Shown here: positions 10,157 through 23,200 of the stretch, in pieces
Layout: each line of letters opens with the position of its first letter
How positions within the stretch are numbered: position 1 is the first letter of the stretch
NCBI GenBank assembly: GCA_013115125.1
Contig: JABANN010000383.1
Span: forward strand, 1-33,761
DNA: 33,761 nt
Source: Perkinsus olseni
Lineage: Eukaryota
Reading direction: 5' to 3'
The notes under the pieces: model-generated
Database searches by the model: none
What the model was told of the DNA's origin: nothing
What the model saw: the letters and a program-made list of their open reading frames with translations, nothing else
Position numbers and translations under genes: made by a program

Positions 10157-13100
10157 ATGCAGTCGTCACCTCCAGTGAATATCACAGGTGTTGTGAACCT
10201 CTCCGATTTGGGGATCAACTCCAAGGATTTCCGTTTCGGGGTCCTCACTATGGAGTCGGACAAGTAGGCTGAGTTTACTGAGCTATTAGGCTATCACTCC
10301 GAAGGACCTCTCCAATGCTTTTGGAACTCTCTCCACCAAGCGAGAATGAGAGCTAGCAGCGTCGCCGGAATCTTCGAATGGTACTCGCTGGCGTCCGATA
10401 TTGTTGATTTTAGATACGTTGCCGTAAAAGATCAGGCTCCTGATGGATCGGTACAGGTCATCACGGTGGATATGCATGATAATAATAAGGTAGTGAGGGT
10501 TCATGTTTGCCGTGGGTGGTTGTAGCTCTTGCTGTTATTAGGTGACCAGAAGGCCTATGAAGGCCGAGGCAGTTGTGATGAATCCCGTGGATAATATTAT
10601 TGCACTGAAGGGTAACGCTGGTGTAGTGACCACGAATAAGATATGCTGATGATTAGGGCGAGTTGAAGGCAATACGGGCCATTTCTTACAAGTTTTCAAC
10701 TTGGGCACGAAGGAGAAGCTCGGGTCCTATCAGTTTTCTAATGAGCACATAGTTTTCTGGAGGTGGATCGCACCCAGATGTCTGGCACTGGTTGGGGATA
10801 GGTAGGAAGTATCTTAGGTTGAAGATGGTTTTCTACGAGATTATGATGCCTTTAGATCTGTGTATCATTGGACCTTCGACAGCGCCAACTCGGCCCCTGT
10901 GAAAGTTTTTGATCGCGCTGGCAAGTTAGCCGAGAATACCACTCAGGTAGGTTGGAGAGAATCTTAGGTTGATGCACGCCTTTTGTCCAGATCATCGCGT
11001 ACGCCACTAACAGTTCCCAGACTTGGTGTGTGCTCTCCGGTATCTCGACTCCTGATGGAGGCAGGACCATCGAAGGTTCTCTCCAGCTCTTCTCCGTCGA
11101 GAGGTGAGGGCTCCTCTGGTAGACTCTTTCGTATCTCCCGTTTGCTAGGAAACAACAGCAGCTGCTTGAGGGACATGCTGCTAACTTCGCTGACGCTCCG
11201 GTAGACGACAGCGGCGAGGCGATTGGCCTGTTCAGCTTCATGGAGAGGAAAGCAGGTAGTTGTGGCATGACTCTTGCTGACGTGTTTTCAGCGATATCAA
11301 GTGATGCTAGGTTCCACTGCTACCAAGCTCCATATCATGGATCTGGCCCGTAAAACACACTACAAGGTTGGTGTGGACGTGCCGATGCCCGCCGAGAACC
11401 CCAGCGACTTCGCCGTTTCCCTTCATATCAGCCCTAAGTAAGCGCCCCGGCGTTGGGAGTCTTGACTCAGTCTTTCCCGCAGGCACGGTATGGTGTATGT
11501 GCTGACCAAGGGAGGCTACGCCTTCGTTTTTGACATCGGCAGCGGAGCGTTGCTGTTCAGAAACAAGGTGTCTCAGGATAGCATCTTCATTGCCACTTAT
11601 AGCGATGGTAATAACATGGATTTTACTTGCTTCGCTCCGCTGTGACTCGTCGCTTTTCTCAGAGACTGGTGGCGTCCGTTTTGTGAACCGAGGTGGTCAT
11701 GTGATCAACTTCGGTATAAACGTTGACGCTATAGTGCAGTACATCACTAACAGCATGCCCCAGGTGAGATTGCCGTTCCCTGTGAGCCTCAGGGCACTTA
11801 TTCTGGGACACTCTTTGATGCTCCCCGGGATTATGGGGTGGCGAACTTGACTCGCCACGGCTTGTGCCTGTAGACGGTTTACGGCGTATATTCTTAATTG
11901 ATTCGAGGGGAAACCTTTACGAGTTGCGACCATGCGAAATCCGAGGTTGAAAGATTCCATTCTCACATAATACGCAACTCTTTTTAGCTCTCCAATCGAC
12001 AGGATGTCGCCTTTAACCTTGCCAGACGATACGGCCTGCCGGGAGGTCAGGAAATGTTCCAGCAGCAGTTTACCAGGTAGAGGCCTACCTGAAACCTCTG
12101 GCTGACGCACTTTGCATCTGACCACCTTCGACTTCAGATATTTTGCAGCGGGTGACTTTAAGCAAGCTGCTCGTATTGCCGCGCAAGATGCCTCTGGCTC
12201 GTTGAGGTCTCCGGCCACCATTCAACAGTTCAAGAATGCCCCCTCGATGCCCGGCCAGAGCACGCCTCTTCTCCAGTACTTCTCAGCTCTGTTAGAGAGC
12301 GGACACAAGTAATATAAAGATTTTGTATTCTGGGATTGACCCTGGGTCTCACGAGTACCGATTGTTTGGCTTCTCGCTCACAACTATCGGTTGGCGTGGC
12401 TAGCGATACGTGGACGAGTCCGTACGGAATCCTCATTGATCGCTAGACTTGACTGCTCTTAGGTTGAATGAAAGCGAGTCGATGGAGCTTGTGGGCCCGG
12501 TCGTAGCCCAGGGGCGTCGGGAATTCATCGAAAAATGGCTAAGTGAAGACAAGCTCACTTGCACTGAGCAACTGGGGGATATGGTCAAGCCTTTGGATAG
12601 CAAACTTGCTCTATCGGTCTATCTCCGTGCCCAGTGCCACGATAAGGTCATTGCTTGCTTCGTTGCCGCTGGGGAGTACGACAAGGTTGTCCAGTATGTG
12701 AAGCGGGTGAACTACGCTAATGCTGATTATGGCGGGATGCTGAGGACAATTGTCGCCACTAACCCTGAGGGGGCGGTCAAGTTTGCGAAGGACCTGTTGG
12801 ATAACAACCCGCCGTTGATTGATATTAATAAGGTAGGTTTCAGGGGTCACGGTGGAGCCGGTGAAGAGATGTGGTGTAGGTGGTGGATTCCTTCATGTCG
12901 CTGGGCAAGCTACAGGAGACGACTTCGGTGCTATTGGATTATCTCAAGGATGACAAGCCTGAGCAAGGGCAGCTGCAGACCAGGTTGTTGGAGATGAACC
13001 TCATGCAAGCTCCTCAGGTAGGACGGGCTTTCGAGGTGAGGTGGGTGATGCTCTTGGTCGTGTCTAGGTGGCAGAAGCGATATTCCAAATGAACATGCTG

Positions 13101-16100
13101 AGCCACTACGATCGTCAGCACATCGCTATGATGTGCGAAAAGGCTGGTATGTATCAGAGGGCGTTGGAACATTACACGGATATTTCCGACATAAGGAGAT
13201 GCATGCTGCACTCGCATGATATGTCCTCGGATTTCCTCACCAACTATATTGGGAAGGTAAGGGCATCCAGGCGTTGAGGAAATGCAAGAGAGCAAGATTG
13301 TTGTTAACTACAGGTCCTTGGCAACGGTACGGAGAATTCGAAGAGTGTGGCTTTGGAGTTGATCGAAGATATGCTACGTTACAACAGGCAACAGAACATC
13401 CAGGTTGTGGTGCAAGTAGCCATCAAGTAATAATGAATCCGTCGGTTCGCCTTCTCAGCACGCTTCGTCAATATCTGCTCTAGTGTGCTGTGTGAGGGAC
13501 ATCTAGTGCTCATCTCTGCTCATCTATTGCTACTGATGCGTGATTGTGGATTTGCCACCGTTGAGGGATCCCAACGCGGTTATGGTCGACGGCGACAGTT
13601 GTAATCGTAGGTACCATGATCAGCTGGAGGTGGATAAGTTGGTGGAGATCTTTGAGAAGTATCAGTGCTGGGAGGGCATGTTCTTCTTCCTCGGAGGAAT
13701 ATTGTCGACCAGTCAAGACCCTGATGTTCACTTCAAGTAACAGTCGAGTATCTTGGGGCTCTGTTGGATCCTTGCTTCGACCCTAGATACATCGAGGCAG
13801 CTGCCAAGCTGGGCCATATGCAGGAGGTCGAGAGGGTTGTTAGAGAGAGCCAGTATTACGACCCCGTGAAGGTGAAGGACTTCCTGAAGGAGGCTAAGCT
13901 GCAGGACCCAAGGCCTCTCATATACGTCTGTGATATGCATGGCTATGTCGAGGAGCTTACTGACTACCTCTACTCCAACAATCTCATGAAGTAGGGGAGT
14001 ATCTTGAGGTCGCTGGGATGGCATGTGCGTGCGTGCAGGTATATCGAGGTTTATGTCACTAAGGTGAACCCTTTGAATTGCCCTACTGTCGTCGGGACTT
14101 TGATTGATCGGGATTGCTCCGAAGATTACATCAAGAATAACATCCTGGGCAACGTAAGCAGCGGCAGCCGGCTTAGGAAGGGTGTCATACTATTCATTAT
14201 TGATAGGTTCGCTCCTTGTGCCCAGTGGAGCCTCTTGTTGATGCTGTTGAGAAGCGTAATAGGTTGAGGCTCCTGCAGCCGTGGTTGGAGGCACGTCTTG
14301 CCGAGGGCAATCAGGTAGGAGCTGGGCTGAGCAGGCCTGTCCACATCCTGCGAAAGGCTTCCCTCATCGCCTGTCAATAGACTCGTGCATTCGAGGATGA
14401 GCGAGTCGTCTGTAGGAGCCATCCCTTCATAACGCTCTCGCCAAGATCTACATTGACTCCAACAAGGACCCCGAGAACTTCCTCAAGACCGACTCCTACT
14501 ACGACTCTGCGGTGGTGGGAGCATACTGTGAGGATCGTGACCCTCATCTGGCCTACATCGCCTACAAGAGGTACTGCAGCCGCAGCAGCAGCAGCAGCTT
14601 TTTGTCTAGCAGTGCAGGAGGTGGACTGGGCTTCTCCTTCAGGGCGTGGGGTACCTGTGACGATCAGCTCCTTCGTGTCACCAACAATAATGGTCTCTTC
14701 CGTCTGCAGGCTAGGTACGCCAGGCTCGTCTGATGTGTTCGTGCATCTTTAGCTTGCTGTTCCTGCTGCAGGTACCTAGTCGAACGACAGAGTCCGGAGC
14801 TGTGGGCTAAGGCTTTGGCTGATGATAACCAATATAGGAGGCACGTTATTGACCAGGTTGTCAGTACTGCTTTGCCGGAGAGCAAGAACGCTGATGAGGT
14901 GACCACGTGCTCCACAGCACGGGCTTTCGACTTCTTGGCAAACCCCGCCTCCTCGCTACAGGCTTCTAACTAGGATTGTGTTGGGATCTTATTCCTGCAT
15001 TATCATTCATCTTCTTGCACCAGGTCACTGCAGCAGTGAAGGCCTTCATCGATGCCGATCTCCCTAATGAGCTTATTGAGCTTTTGGAGAAGATTGTCCT
15101 GCACAACTCTGACTTCTCCGATAACAGGACACTGCAGAACCTGCTCATCCTCACAGCTATCAAGGCGGTAGGCTGAAGAGTGCTGCTGCTTCTGCCGTCG
15201 ACCTGTATCGTACCCAGGATAAGTCCCGTGTGATGGACTATGTGCATCGCCTGGATAATTATGATGGTCCCGAGATTGCCCTCATTGCTATGGGGGATCC
15301 CTACAATCTGTAATACATTATACGACGCTGTTGATCGTCTCGATGGAGACTCTCACGTTGTATCAAATACTGATCTTTCATTTCGGTTACAGGGAGCCGG
15401 AGTGCTTCTGATGGCCGAGAGTTTTGGGGTAGGCGTTTTGGTCGTCACGACGTTCCGCTGTCAGATATGAGGAGGCCTTCGAAATTTACAAGAAATGTGG
15501 TATGAACGCAGAAGCTATGGACACCTTACTTACCAACTTGGACGATGATGAGGGTTCCGGGCTGGAGAGGGCCAAGGACTTCGCCAGCAGGGTCAACGAG
15601 CCTCAGGTCAGTCTTGTGCTGCAATATGCTCTGCGAGAGGCTATTGTCGTTGGTTTTCAGGTTTGGTACAAGCTGGGTGCAGCCCAGCTTAGGCACGGCG
15701 TTTGTGCTATGATACCCGAGGCCATTGACAGCTATATTAAGGCTGGTGATGCTACCGACTACATGGAGGTGACAAGTCGCGGTGGTGATGGTGATACAGT
15801 CTTGGGAGAGTTCGCCTCTAGGTCATCGCGGTAGCCGAACGTGAAGAGTGCTACGACGATCTTATCAAGTACCTGCGTATGGCTCGTACCAAGCAGAAGG
15901 ACAGCTACATTGACTCGGAGCTGCTGTACTCTCTAGCCAAGTGTGATGATAGGATGGATGAGCTAGAGGACTTCCTCGATGCTACCAATACGGCGAATGT
16001 AGGTTCAGTGGCTCCTGGCTTATTTCTCCCATTTGTGCCTTGCCCAGGTTCAGAGCGTCGGTGATCGTCTGTACGAGGAACGGCTTTATAAGGCGGCTAA

Positions 16101-18338
16101 GGTCGGTCCGTCGTCGCTTAGCTGGTGGTCCTGCATTTGGCGTGTTTGTGTAGGTCCTTTTCCAGTCTATTCCAAACAACGCCAAGTTGGCCTCCTGTTA
16201 CGTCAACTTGGGCGATTTCTCGGCTGCCATTGAGGCCGCTAAGAAGGTGAGGACTTTAATCTTCCGCTTGTCTTTGCTAGTGAACTCTCGTCAGGCGAAG
16301 AACCCCCGCACCTGGAAGGAGATCTGCTTCGCTTGTGTTGCCGCTGGGGACTTCCGTTCGGCTCAGACGGCTGGTTTGCATATTATCATCCACCCTGACC
16401 ATCTGGAGGAGGTCATCGAGGTCAGTCTTTTCACACCGCTCAATGGCTTGGTTTCGATTATGTGTCTCTGTTGAAGGTGTACGAGAACGCCGGCCGCTAT
16501 GACGAGTTAATGGCGTTGTTGGAGCTTGGCATCACTAACTCGGATGAGGCACACTATGGCATGTAGGGAGTCGTTAGTGGCTGCTGGTCTTATCGTGTAC
16601 CCCGGTGCTCTAGGTTCACCGAGCTTGGCATTTTATATGCTAAGCACAAGAAGGGCAAGTTGATGGACTTCGTCAAGAGCAACACTTCGAGACTCAACAT
16701 ACCCAAGCTTATTAGGTATATACAAATCGATGCTTCGCTCCGCTAGACGTAGTAACCATTTTCTCTGTCCAGGGCATGCGAGGCCAACTTCCTCTGGCAA
16801 GAAGCTGTGTATCTGTATGTGTCGTATGACGAATATGACTCGGCTGCTAACACCATCATCCAGCATAGTCCTACCGCCTGGTCGCAGGTAATAGTGGATG
16901 CTGGGGGAGACTCGGTCGAAGGCGTTGCGTGCTGTGCCTTTGTAGGACTTATTCCAATCAGTGATGAGTAAGGTCTCCAATTCGGAGATCTACTACAGAG
17001 CGATCAACTTCTACCTTGACGAGCATCCTCTGTTGTTGAGCGATGTAAGGCGGTGGCTGTCGAGTGAGGTACTCGGTGGATCCCCGTTATCATCGTTCAG
17101 TTACTTGTGGCGATCCAGGCTAAGTTAGATCACGCTCGTGTGATCCAGCATGTCCGTAAGGCTGGCCACTTGCCATTGATACAGGACTACATCGCCGCGG
17201 TGCAGCCGAATGCCAACATACCCCAGGTACTAGTCCCGATGCTGTCGGCTCTTGTTGTGCTAGGGTGACGTATCTTAGGTTAACGAGGCGTTGAATGAGT
17301 TGCTGGTAGAGGAAGAGGACGTGGATGGTCTGCGCAGCTCTATCGAGCATTATGACAACTTCGACCAAATTGCCCTTGCCCAGAAGTACGATATCTATTT
17401 GATGGGTGGTGTCATATCATCATCGATCGTCAGGTTGGAGCATCATCATCTCATTCAAATGCGTCGGATCGCGGCCACCTTGTATAACAAGAATGGAAGG
17501 TCAGCTCACCCCTCGGTCTGACGAATGCAGTTATCGTCTTTGACAGGTTTAAGCAGAGTATTGAGCTCTCGAAGAAGGACGGCATGTTCACTGATGCAAT
17601 GGAGTCTGCTAGAGAGAGTGGCAGTCGTGATCTCGCTGAAGGCCTCTTACGGTAGGCCCCTCATCAGTCTCCTGCTGCAGCCTGCAGACTTGCTTTCTTC
17701 CTCAGCTATTTCGCAACCTCGGAAGATGTCCCTTGCGGCCGTGAGTGCTTCTCGGCGTGCCTGTATACTTGTTATGAGCTGCTGAGGCCTGATGTGGTCA
17801 TGGAGCTGGCCTGGAAGAAGGGCTATATGGACTTCGCAATGCCGTAAGTCGCTAAGCCACTTCAGACGAATGCATCAGTCTCTCGTCTCAGTTATATGAT
17901 CCAATTGATGAGAGATTACTCGAACAGGATCGAGTCGCTCGAGAAGAAGTGGGTCAATGGGTGCTTGATAGAGCAGCGGGGATGTTTTTGATTAGGACCG
18001 AGTCATTAGCAGAAGATAAGGAGAAGTCGGCTCCGAATGACTTCGTCGAGTCCAATCCTATCGGCCTCGGTGGTCCAGGTGGTCATCTTGCCTTGATGGG
18101 TCCAGGGTGAGTAGCACACTTAGAGAGATGTTGCTCCATAATGGTCCTTCTTCTCAGTGGCGCTACGCCGTCATCGTCTCCTCAACTTGGCGGTGTAAGT
18201 CAAGGAGCCTTCGGTGCTGCACCTAGCTCGATGGGGGCCATGGGAATGAGTGGCACTATGACGCCTCCAACATTCCCACCTCGTCAGCCGTCATCGGGGT
18301 CGAATCTTGGAAACTTCCAGCCTCCAGCTTTCCGATGA
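10157..18338 (+). CDS. CHC1: Clathrin heavy chain, multi-exon
   Basis: Spliced peptides [82 protein letters not shown] and [11 protein letters not shown] match clathrin heavy chain. The start codon is approximate. Confidence 0.96.
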
Positions 18339-18619
18339 ATGATTGAGTGTTTATACCGTAGCTGGGCGTGTTCTTAGCTGCGGAGTAGGAAGTAGACCAT
18401 TCTCCACTGCTAGCGGTTTTGTGCTCGAAGTTAATAAGGATGTTGCCGCGACATTGTTACGGGGAGAGGAGAACGGATAATGTGCTGAGCATAACGATGG
18501 CCCGAGAACGGTTGGCTTCATTTCGTGACGGTGCTCTCGGGGCCCCCGAGTCGGGGGGCTAAGTGCCGCTAGCCAGATCAACGGGAGCCATATGAGCGTT
18601 CATGCGGAAAAATGTCAGA

Positions 18620-18692
18620 TCCGATATAGTCTAGCTGGTTAGGATACCTGGCTTTCATCCAGACGACCCGGGTTCGAGTTCCGGTATCGGAA
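18620..18692 (+). tRNA. tRNA-Glu (anticodon TTC)
   Basis: Cloverleaf with acceptor TCCGATA/TATCGGA, anticodon arm CCTGG-CT-TTC-AT-CCAGA and T arm CCGGG-TTCGAGT-TCCGG, followed by T6. Confidence 0.9.
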
Positions 18693-18693
18693 C

Positions 18694-18699
18694 TTTTTT
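18694..18699 (+). terminator. Pol III terminator (T6) of tRNA-Glu
   Basis: TTTTTT begins 2 nt after the discriminator base. Confidence 0.8.
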
Positions 18700-19287
18700 C
18701 TTGAGCTTCAAGTTGCTGGCATACGTAGTTAATATTTCGATCACCTGTCACATCAGACGGATCAGAGTGCAGCACGGCTTTCTCTGGCCTACGGCTACAT
18801 CTCTCTTCAGAGAGATTATGTCTCATTCGAGCCGGACGATGTGACCGACATCGTTTCCCGGACGAAAATGTGAAAGGTCCCGAAACAAAGACTTGGAGGT
18901 TGCTAGAAGCACCGTCGAGTGATCTAATGGCCAGATTCTGGGTAGACTGGTGTTTCAAGGATCATCTATGCTCCACTTCGAATATGATAGGCATCACAGT
19001 GCATACCACACCAGGTGCGAAAAACGGAGTCACACACTAGTGAATAGGAAACTCAGCGATGACGCTTCGAGCGACGAGGATGATTGTCTTCAATCTAGTA
19101 AGGGCCCATGAGCTCGAAAGCCCCCCTAAATTCTTCACCACGCACTTGCCCGCGATCACCATTTGCCATTTGCCGAATTATCTTATATAACTATAGTCAC
19201 GCAACACAACCCAGTAATCCCTCTTGCAAGCTGAGTTTGCTGCCACGCCCAAGTTCCTTGGAACCAATGATATCCGCAAAAAGCTGC

Positions 19288-19801
19288 TTAGATGATACCG
19301 ATCCTGTTACCCACATCAAGGGCATCGAAGTCATCAGCCAACTTGACGTAGGCCTTCTTGAGACCATCGTGACGCACCAAAGTGTTCACCTTCTTGCACT
19401 TGATGTCGTAGAGAGACTCAACGGCATCACGGATCTGCTGCTTGGTGGCCTGGATGTCGCAAAGGAAGACCAGAGTGTTGAGATCCTCAATGTGCTTCAT
19501 GGCCCACTCAGAGGTCATGGGGGAGCGAATGATGCGGTACTTGTCCATCTTAGTCAAGGTGGGGGTAGCGGAGCGGGGGTACCTGAGTATATCACGATTA
19601 CAAGACATCAACGCCAAAGATGAGGAGAAGAATCCTAGCCAACCCCGAGAGGTATTACTTAGGAGCCTTGGGAGTCTGACGAGTCTTAGGCCTGAAGAAA
19701 TGGGTGTTCTTCCTGACCTTGCGGGTCTTGACCTGCACGCCCTTGGTGAGGGCGGCACCGGTCTTAGACGCCTTCGATTTAGCGTCAGTAGCAGGGGCCA
19801 T
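19288..19801 (-). CDS. RPL23A: 60S ribosomal protein L23a (uL23), 2 coding exons; intron 19583-19658
   Basis: MAPATDAK...HFFRPKT...KAPKYPR...NTLVFLCD...[18 protein letters not shown]...[12 protein letters not shown]. Confidence 0.96.
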
Positions 19802-20248
19802 CAAGTAGTTCTGGTTGGGCAGCAACAAGCTATACGATCACAATGACAATACCAATCCCTGTACATCAAATATCTTTCACGCTCTTAGAGAGATCCAAGT
19901 AGGTTGGATTAAGCCAGCCCTTCACACAACCGATCACGTCCAATACGACAATCCACCCGAGTAAGCTGACCAGCCGACTACTACCATCTAACGCAGAGCC
20001 CTCTGGGAACTAGTACATGCCTTCATACCACTCCAAAAGCAGCAATAGCAGCCCGGGCACGCTGAGGAGCCTCCAACGCCAAAACCGAGGGCCTGCGCCT
20101 GGATAATCGATCAAATCCACAGCGACGCATGGCAGTAGCGCGCGCCATTCTGATCGACTTGGCTCTTGATGCGGGACGGTGAAGACCAGGGCGGGTAGGA
20201 TGGTTGATGGTCCTTAGTAGGGTTCATTTGCTCTATTCCTTGTACTGA

Positions 20249-23200
20249 ATGGTGAAGAAGTCCATCAAGAAAGAGCGTCGGAAAATCCTCGTCCAGACGC
20301 AGGAGAAATGCCTTCAACGTAACGATGGGACGGCGGGTCGGCTTTCCGTGGCCATGCACTACGATACAACAGTAGCACTATACATCCTCACGAGGTCCAC
20401 TGACCCCGACTCTAGTAGATGGATTGTCATAATAGTGATGGTTCAGCGAACTGCTCTTCCGAAGGCAACCGTTTGCCGTTGGAGATGAGCATGTTCAACA
20501 TTGCACCGTTGAACTACTCGAACGGACACAAGTGTAGAGATTTCAGGATAACAGTTGGCTTTCGCATCATCTATAGGGCTGAGGTCATCACCGAACCGTC
20601 ATATTAGCCTCTGTTGGGTACATCATACAGGGCTGTCACGGTCCATGTTACCGCATCTGTGTCAATCCTTGCCTCGCGGAGCGACGCAGGGCTCATCAAT
20701 GCGGACCAGTGATGGCCGTCTGTCAAGTCGTATGCCTCACCACCTTCCCCACTAACTTGTTGTAGTACAAGGCCAATTAGGTGGAGCATGTTCTGTCCAT
20801 CCGAAAACAACTTTCTATTGTCGACCCACTAGCTGGTGTCCTGCTTCTTTGAACCTGATCTTAGCGGCGGGCCTGCTCGGCGTGCTTGGGTGATTTCTCA
20901 CCCAATATTGTCGGCAATACTCGGATCACATAGCATTCGATTGAATAAGGGATTTATGTAGTTTTTGGAACGGACTTGGAACGCAAAGTCGCTTGTTAAT
21001 GGGCTGGACATGAAAATCTGTAGCGGTTTAATCTCTCTAGAATCGTGAGAGGAGCCGTTTACCACCCGTTGGTGCTGATAGCATCGGAGCCGATGCATGG
21101 GCAAATTCCTGCAGGGTATTTCACCAAACTCCACCGTAACATGGGCGAAATTACTTCTCGGAAGGAGTGAAGTAATACACTAATATTCCTGGAGGAGCCA
21201 ATACTCTTCCAAATGCCCAATCAGGATAGCAATACTATTAACTATTTCATAATGCTCAGTAGCGCTACACACTGACATCCGCTCCCACGCTTTAGACGAT
21301 AGGAGGGAGGGAATAAGTCCATGCTTCTGATGAGGAGAAGTTGGTGCGCGTAGTGTGCAGGAGTGGTGGTGTTGTAGGTCATAAGACGGGTAATGCTGAG
21401 AAGATACCGGAAGGAGATGTACATATACCAAACAAGTGGAAAAGACAAGAACTCGTAGGGTGTCATGGTCGCAAAGTTGGTGGAAATGTGGTATGGCAGG
21501 TCGGAAGGCAATATCGGGAAAAGAAGAAGGTCAAAAGGGAGACCAGAAAGCAGAGGCAGGAAGCTCGGGCTAGAGGAGAAGAGGTAGTAGCGGCAGAGAG
21601 GCGGAGCGACGCATGAAATACTGCTACAGGTGGATGTTCCTGTTACTACTACCATTGAGATGATGAGGGAGCCTGATGTCACTATGCTGCCCCCTCAAGG
21701 AGATGATGAGGTCAAGGCGGATGAGAGAATGGATGAGTTCAGGTAGAAGAGGCGATCACCTTTGGTGCATAGTAGCACTTGGTGTAGGAAACTTGCCATT
21801 ATAGTGGCTTCTAGGCTTGATTCACGTCATATTACATGACGATGATGTTTTGTGCCGCCCAGGAAGTTCATTTACCTTGTATTAGCGCGTGAATAACGAA
21901 TGAGAGAAAAAAGGAAAATTTACAAGAATGATCTGAGTGATTCGATGAGCTGGGATGTTGCTCAGGCTGTCGGGTACCCCGTGGTACGCCACTCGGCCGG
22001 TATAACGCAGTTGGAAGAGCTACGTAGTTGTCCATCAGGCATACCTTCCCGACACCACCTCCCACGAGTGAGGTCCTCCCGCCAGCGTCAGCTGAGGAGG
22101 AAACTCCGAGTACCGCACCTACTACGGTTGAAGTGGGCCAGGCTGTGGGTGAGGAGGAGGATGAGGAGAGGGAACCTGTTGAGCCGAAGATCATGTTCAC
22201 GACCTCGATGGCGGTAATAAGGTTAGATGCACTGCCCAGGGATCGAACTTGGGATCTTTCCTGAGGAAGGTGGTATTGAACATACTTTCAGTATCCTTCT
22301 GAGCGGTCATACGGTTTGATTAAGGAGTTGGTCGAAGTCGTGCCGGGGATGCAGTACTTCCGGAAGAAGCATTTTCCCATCACCAAGATATGCGACTTTG
22401 CTAATAACAGAGGCTTCACAGCCGTCGTGGTAGGGAGGGGCGACTACCGTTTCCTTATTTCGTCGGAACCACTACAGGCGCATGAGAGAGGCATGCCACC
22501 CCGAGTCTGATGGACATACAACCTCGGAGCTGGGTGTCCATCTCTCGCTTCTCAGTTTCGCAGTCTATCGGTCGTTCGAGCGCTTCGAGCGTGATTTCGA
22601 TACGGCAATGTTGTTGATCCTGGTCGTCATTACGGTGTCACTGTCACTGCTTGGGTAGGTATTGTCAGAGGACAGGAAGCACGAGCCCTCCTCTCTCCAC
22701 ATCACCAGTCTGCCGGAGGGCCCCACGAGTTACTGGAGGCTTACTAGTCTCGAACTGGGAGCCGACATGAAGCACGGCGCTACATGTAGTATGGGAACCC
22801 ACCGCCGTCAGCCATCCCGTCAGCCGTAGTATGCGATTAGAACTCCGGTTCGGTGGTATTGAGGGGAAGTAACTGCCGTCGAGGTTGCAGTAAAATCAAC
22901 TGTCACTACTTTCCCGCCTTGTCACTCTACGAGCAGTATAACTCCCAGGATGCGGTGTTAGGTTAGATGCATTGAATGTTAGGTAACCCCGACGATCGTC
23001 CTGAGCTGTTGTTGAATGGCTTTGGTACGAGGCTCGGCCACAGGGTAGGAAGGCAGATAGGGAGCCTCTTCGGTAAGAACCTATTCGGGCTCGCTACTCT
23101 CGCTCATTTCCTGCCGTCCTATTACTCTGAGGGTATGGTGATGGATAGAATCCTGTCAGTGATAGGCCCGTGCCTGGAGGAGAGCAGCGGAGGGTTTGTC

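Noticed and set aside
14575-14598. (CAG)n/GCN microsatellites (also 26352-26390 and 30744-30762)
   Set aside because: Ordinary short slippage repeats, either intronic or encoding poly-Ala.
19850-19900. GAGCGTGA (U3 box B-like) on the minus strand upstream of RPL23A
   Set aside because: Boxes A, C', C and D were not found in the proper arrangement.
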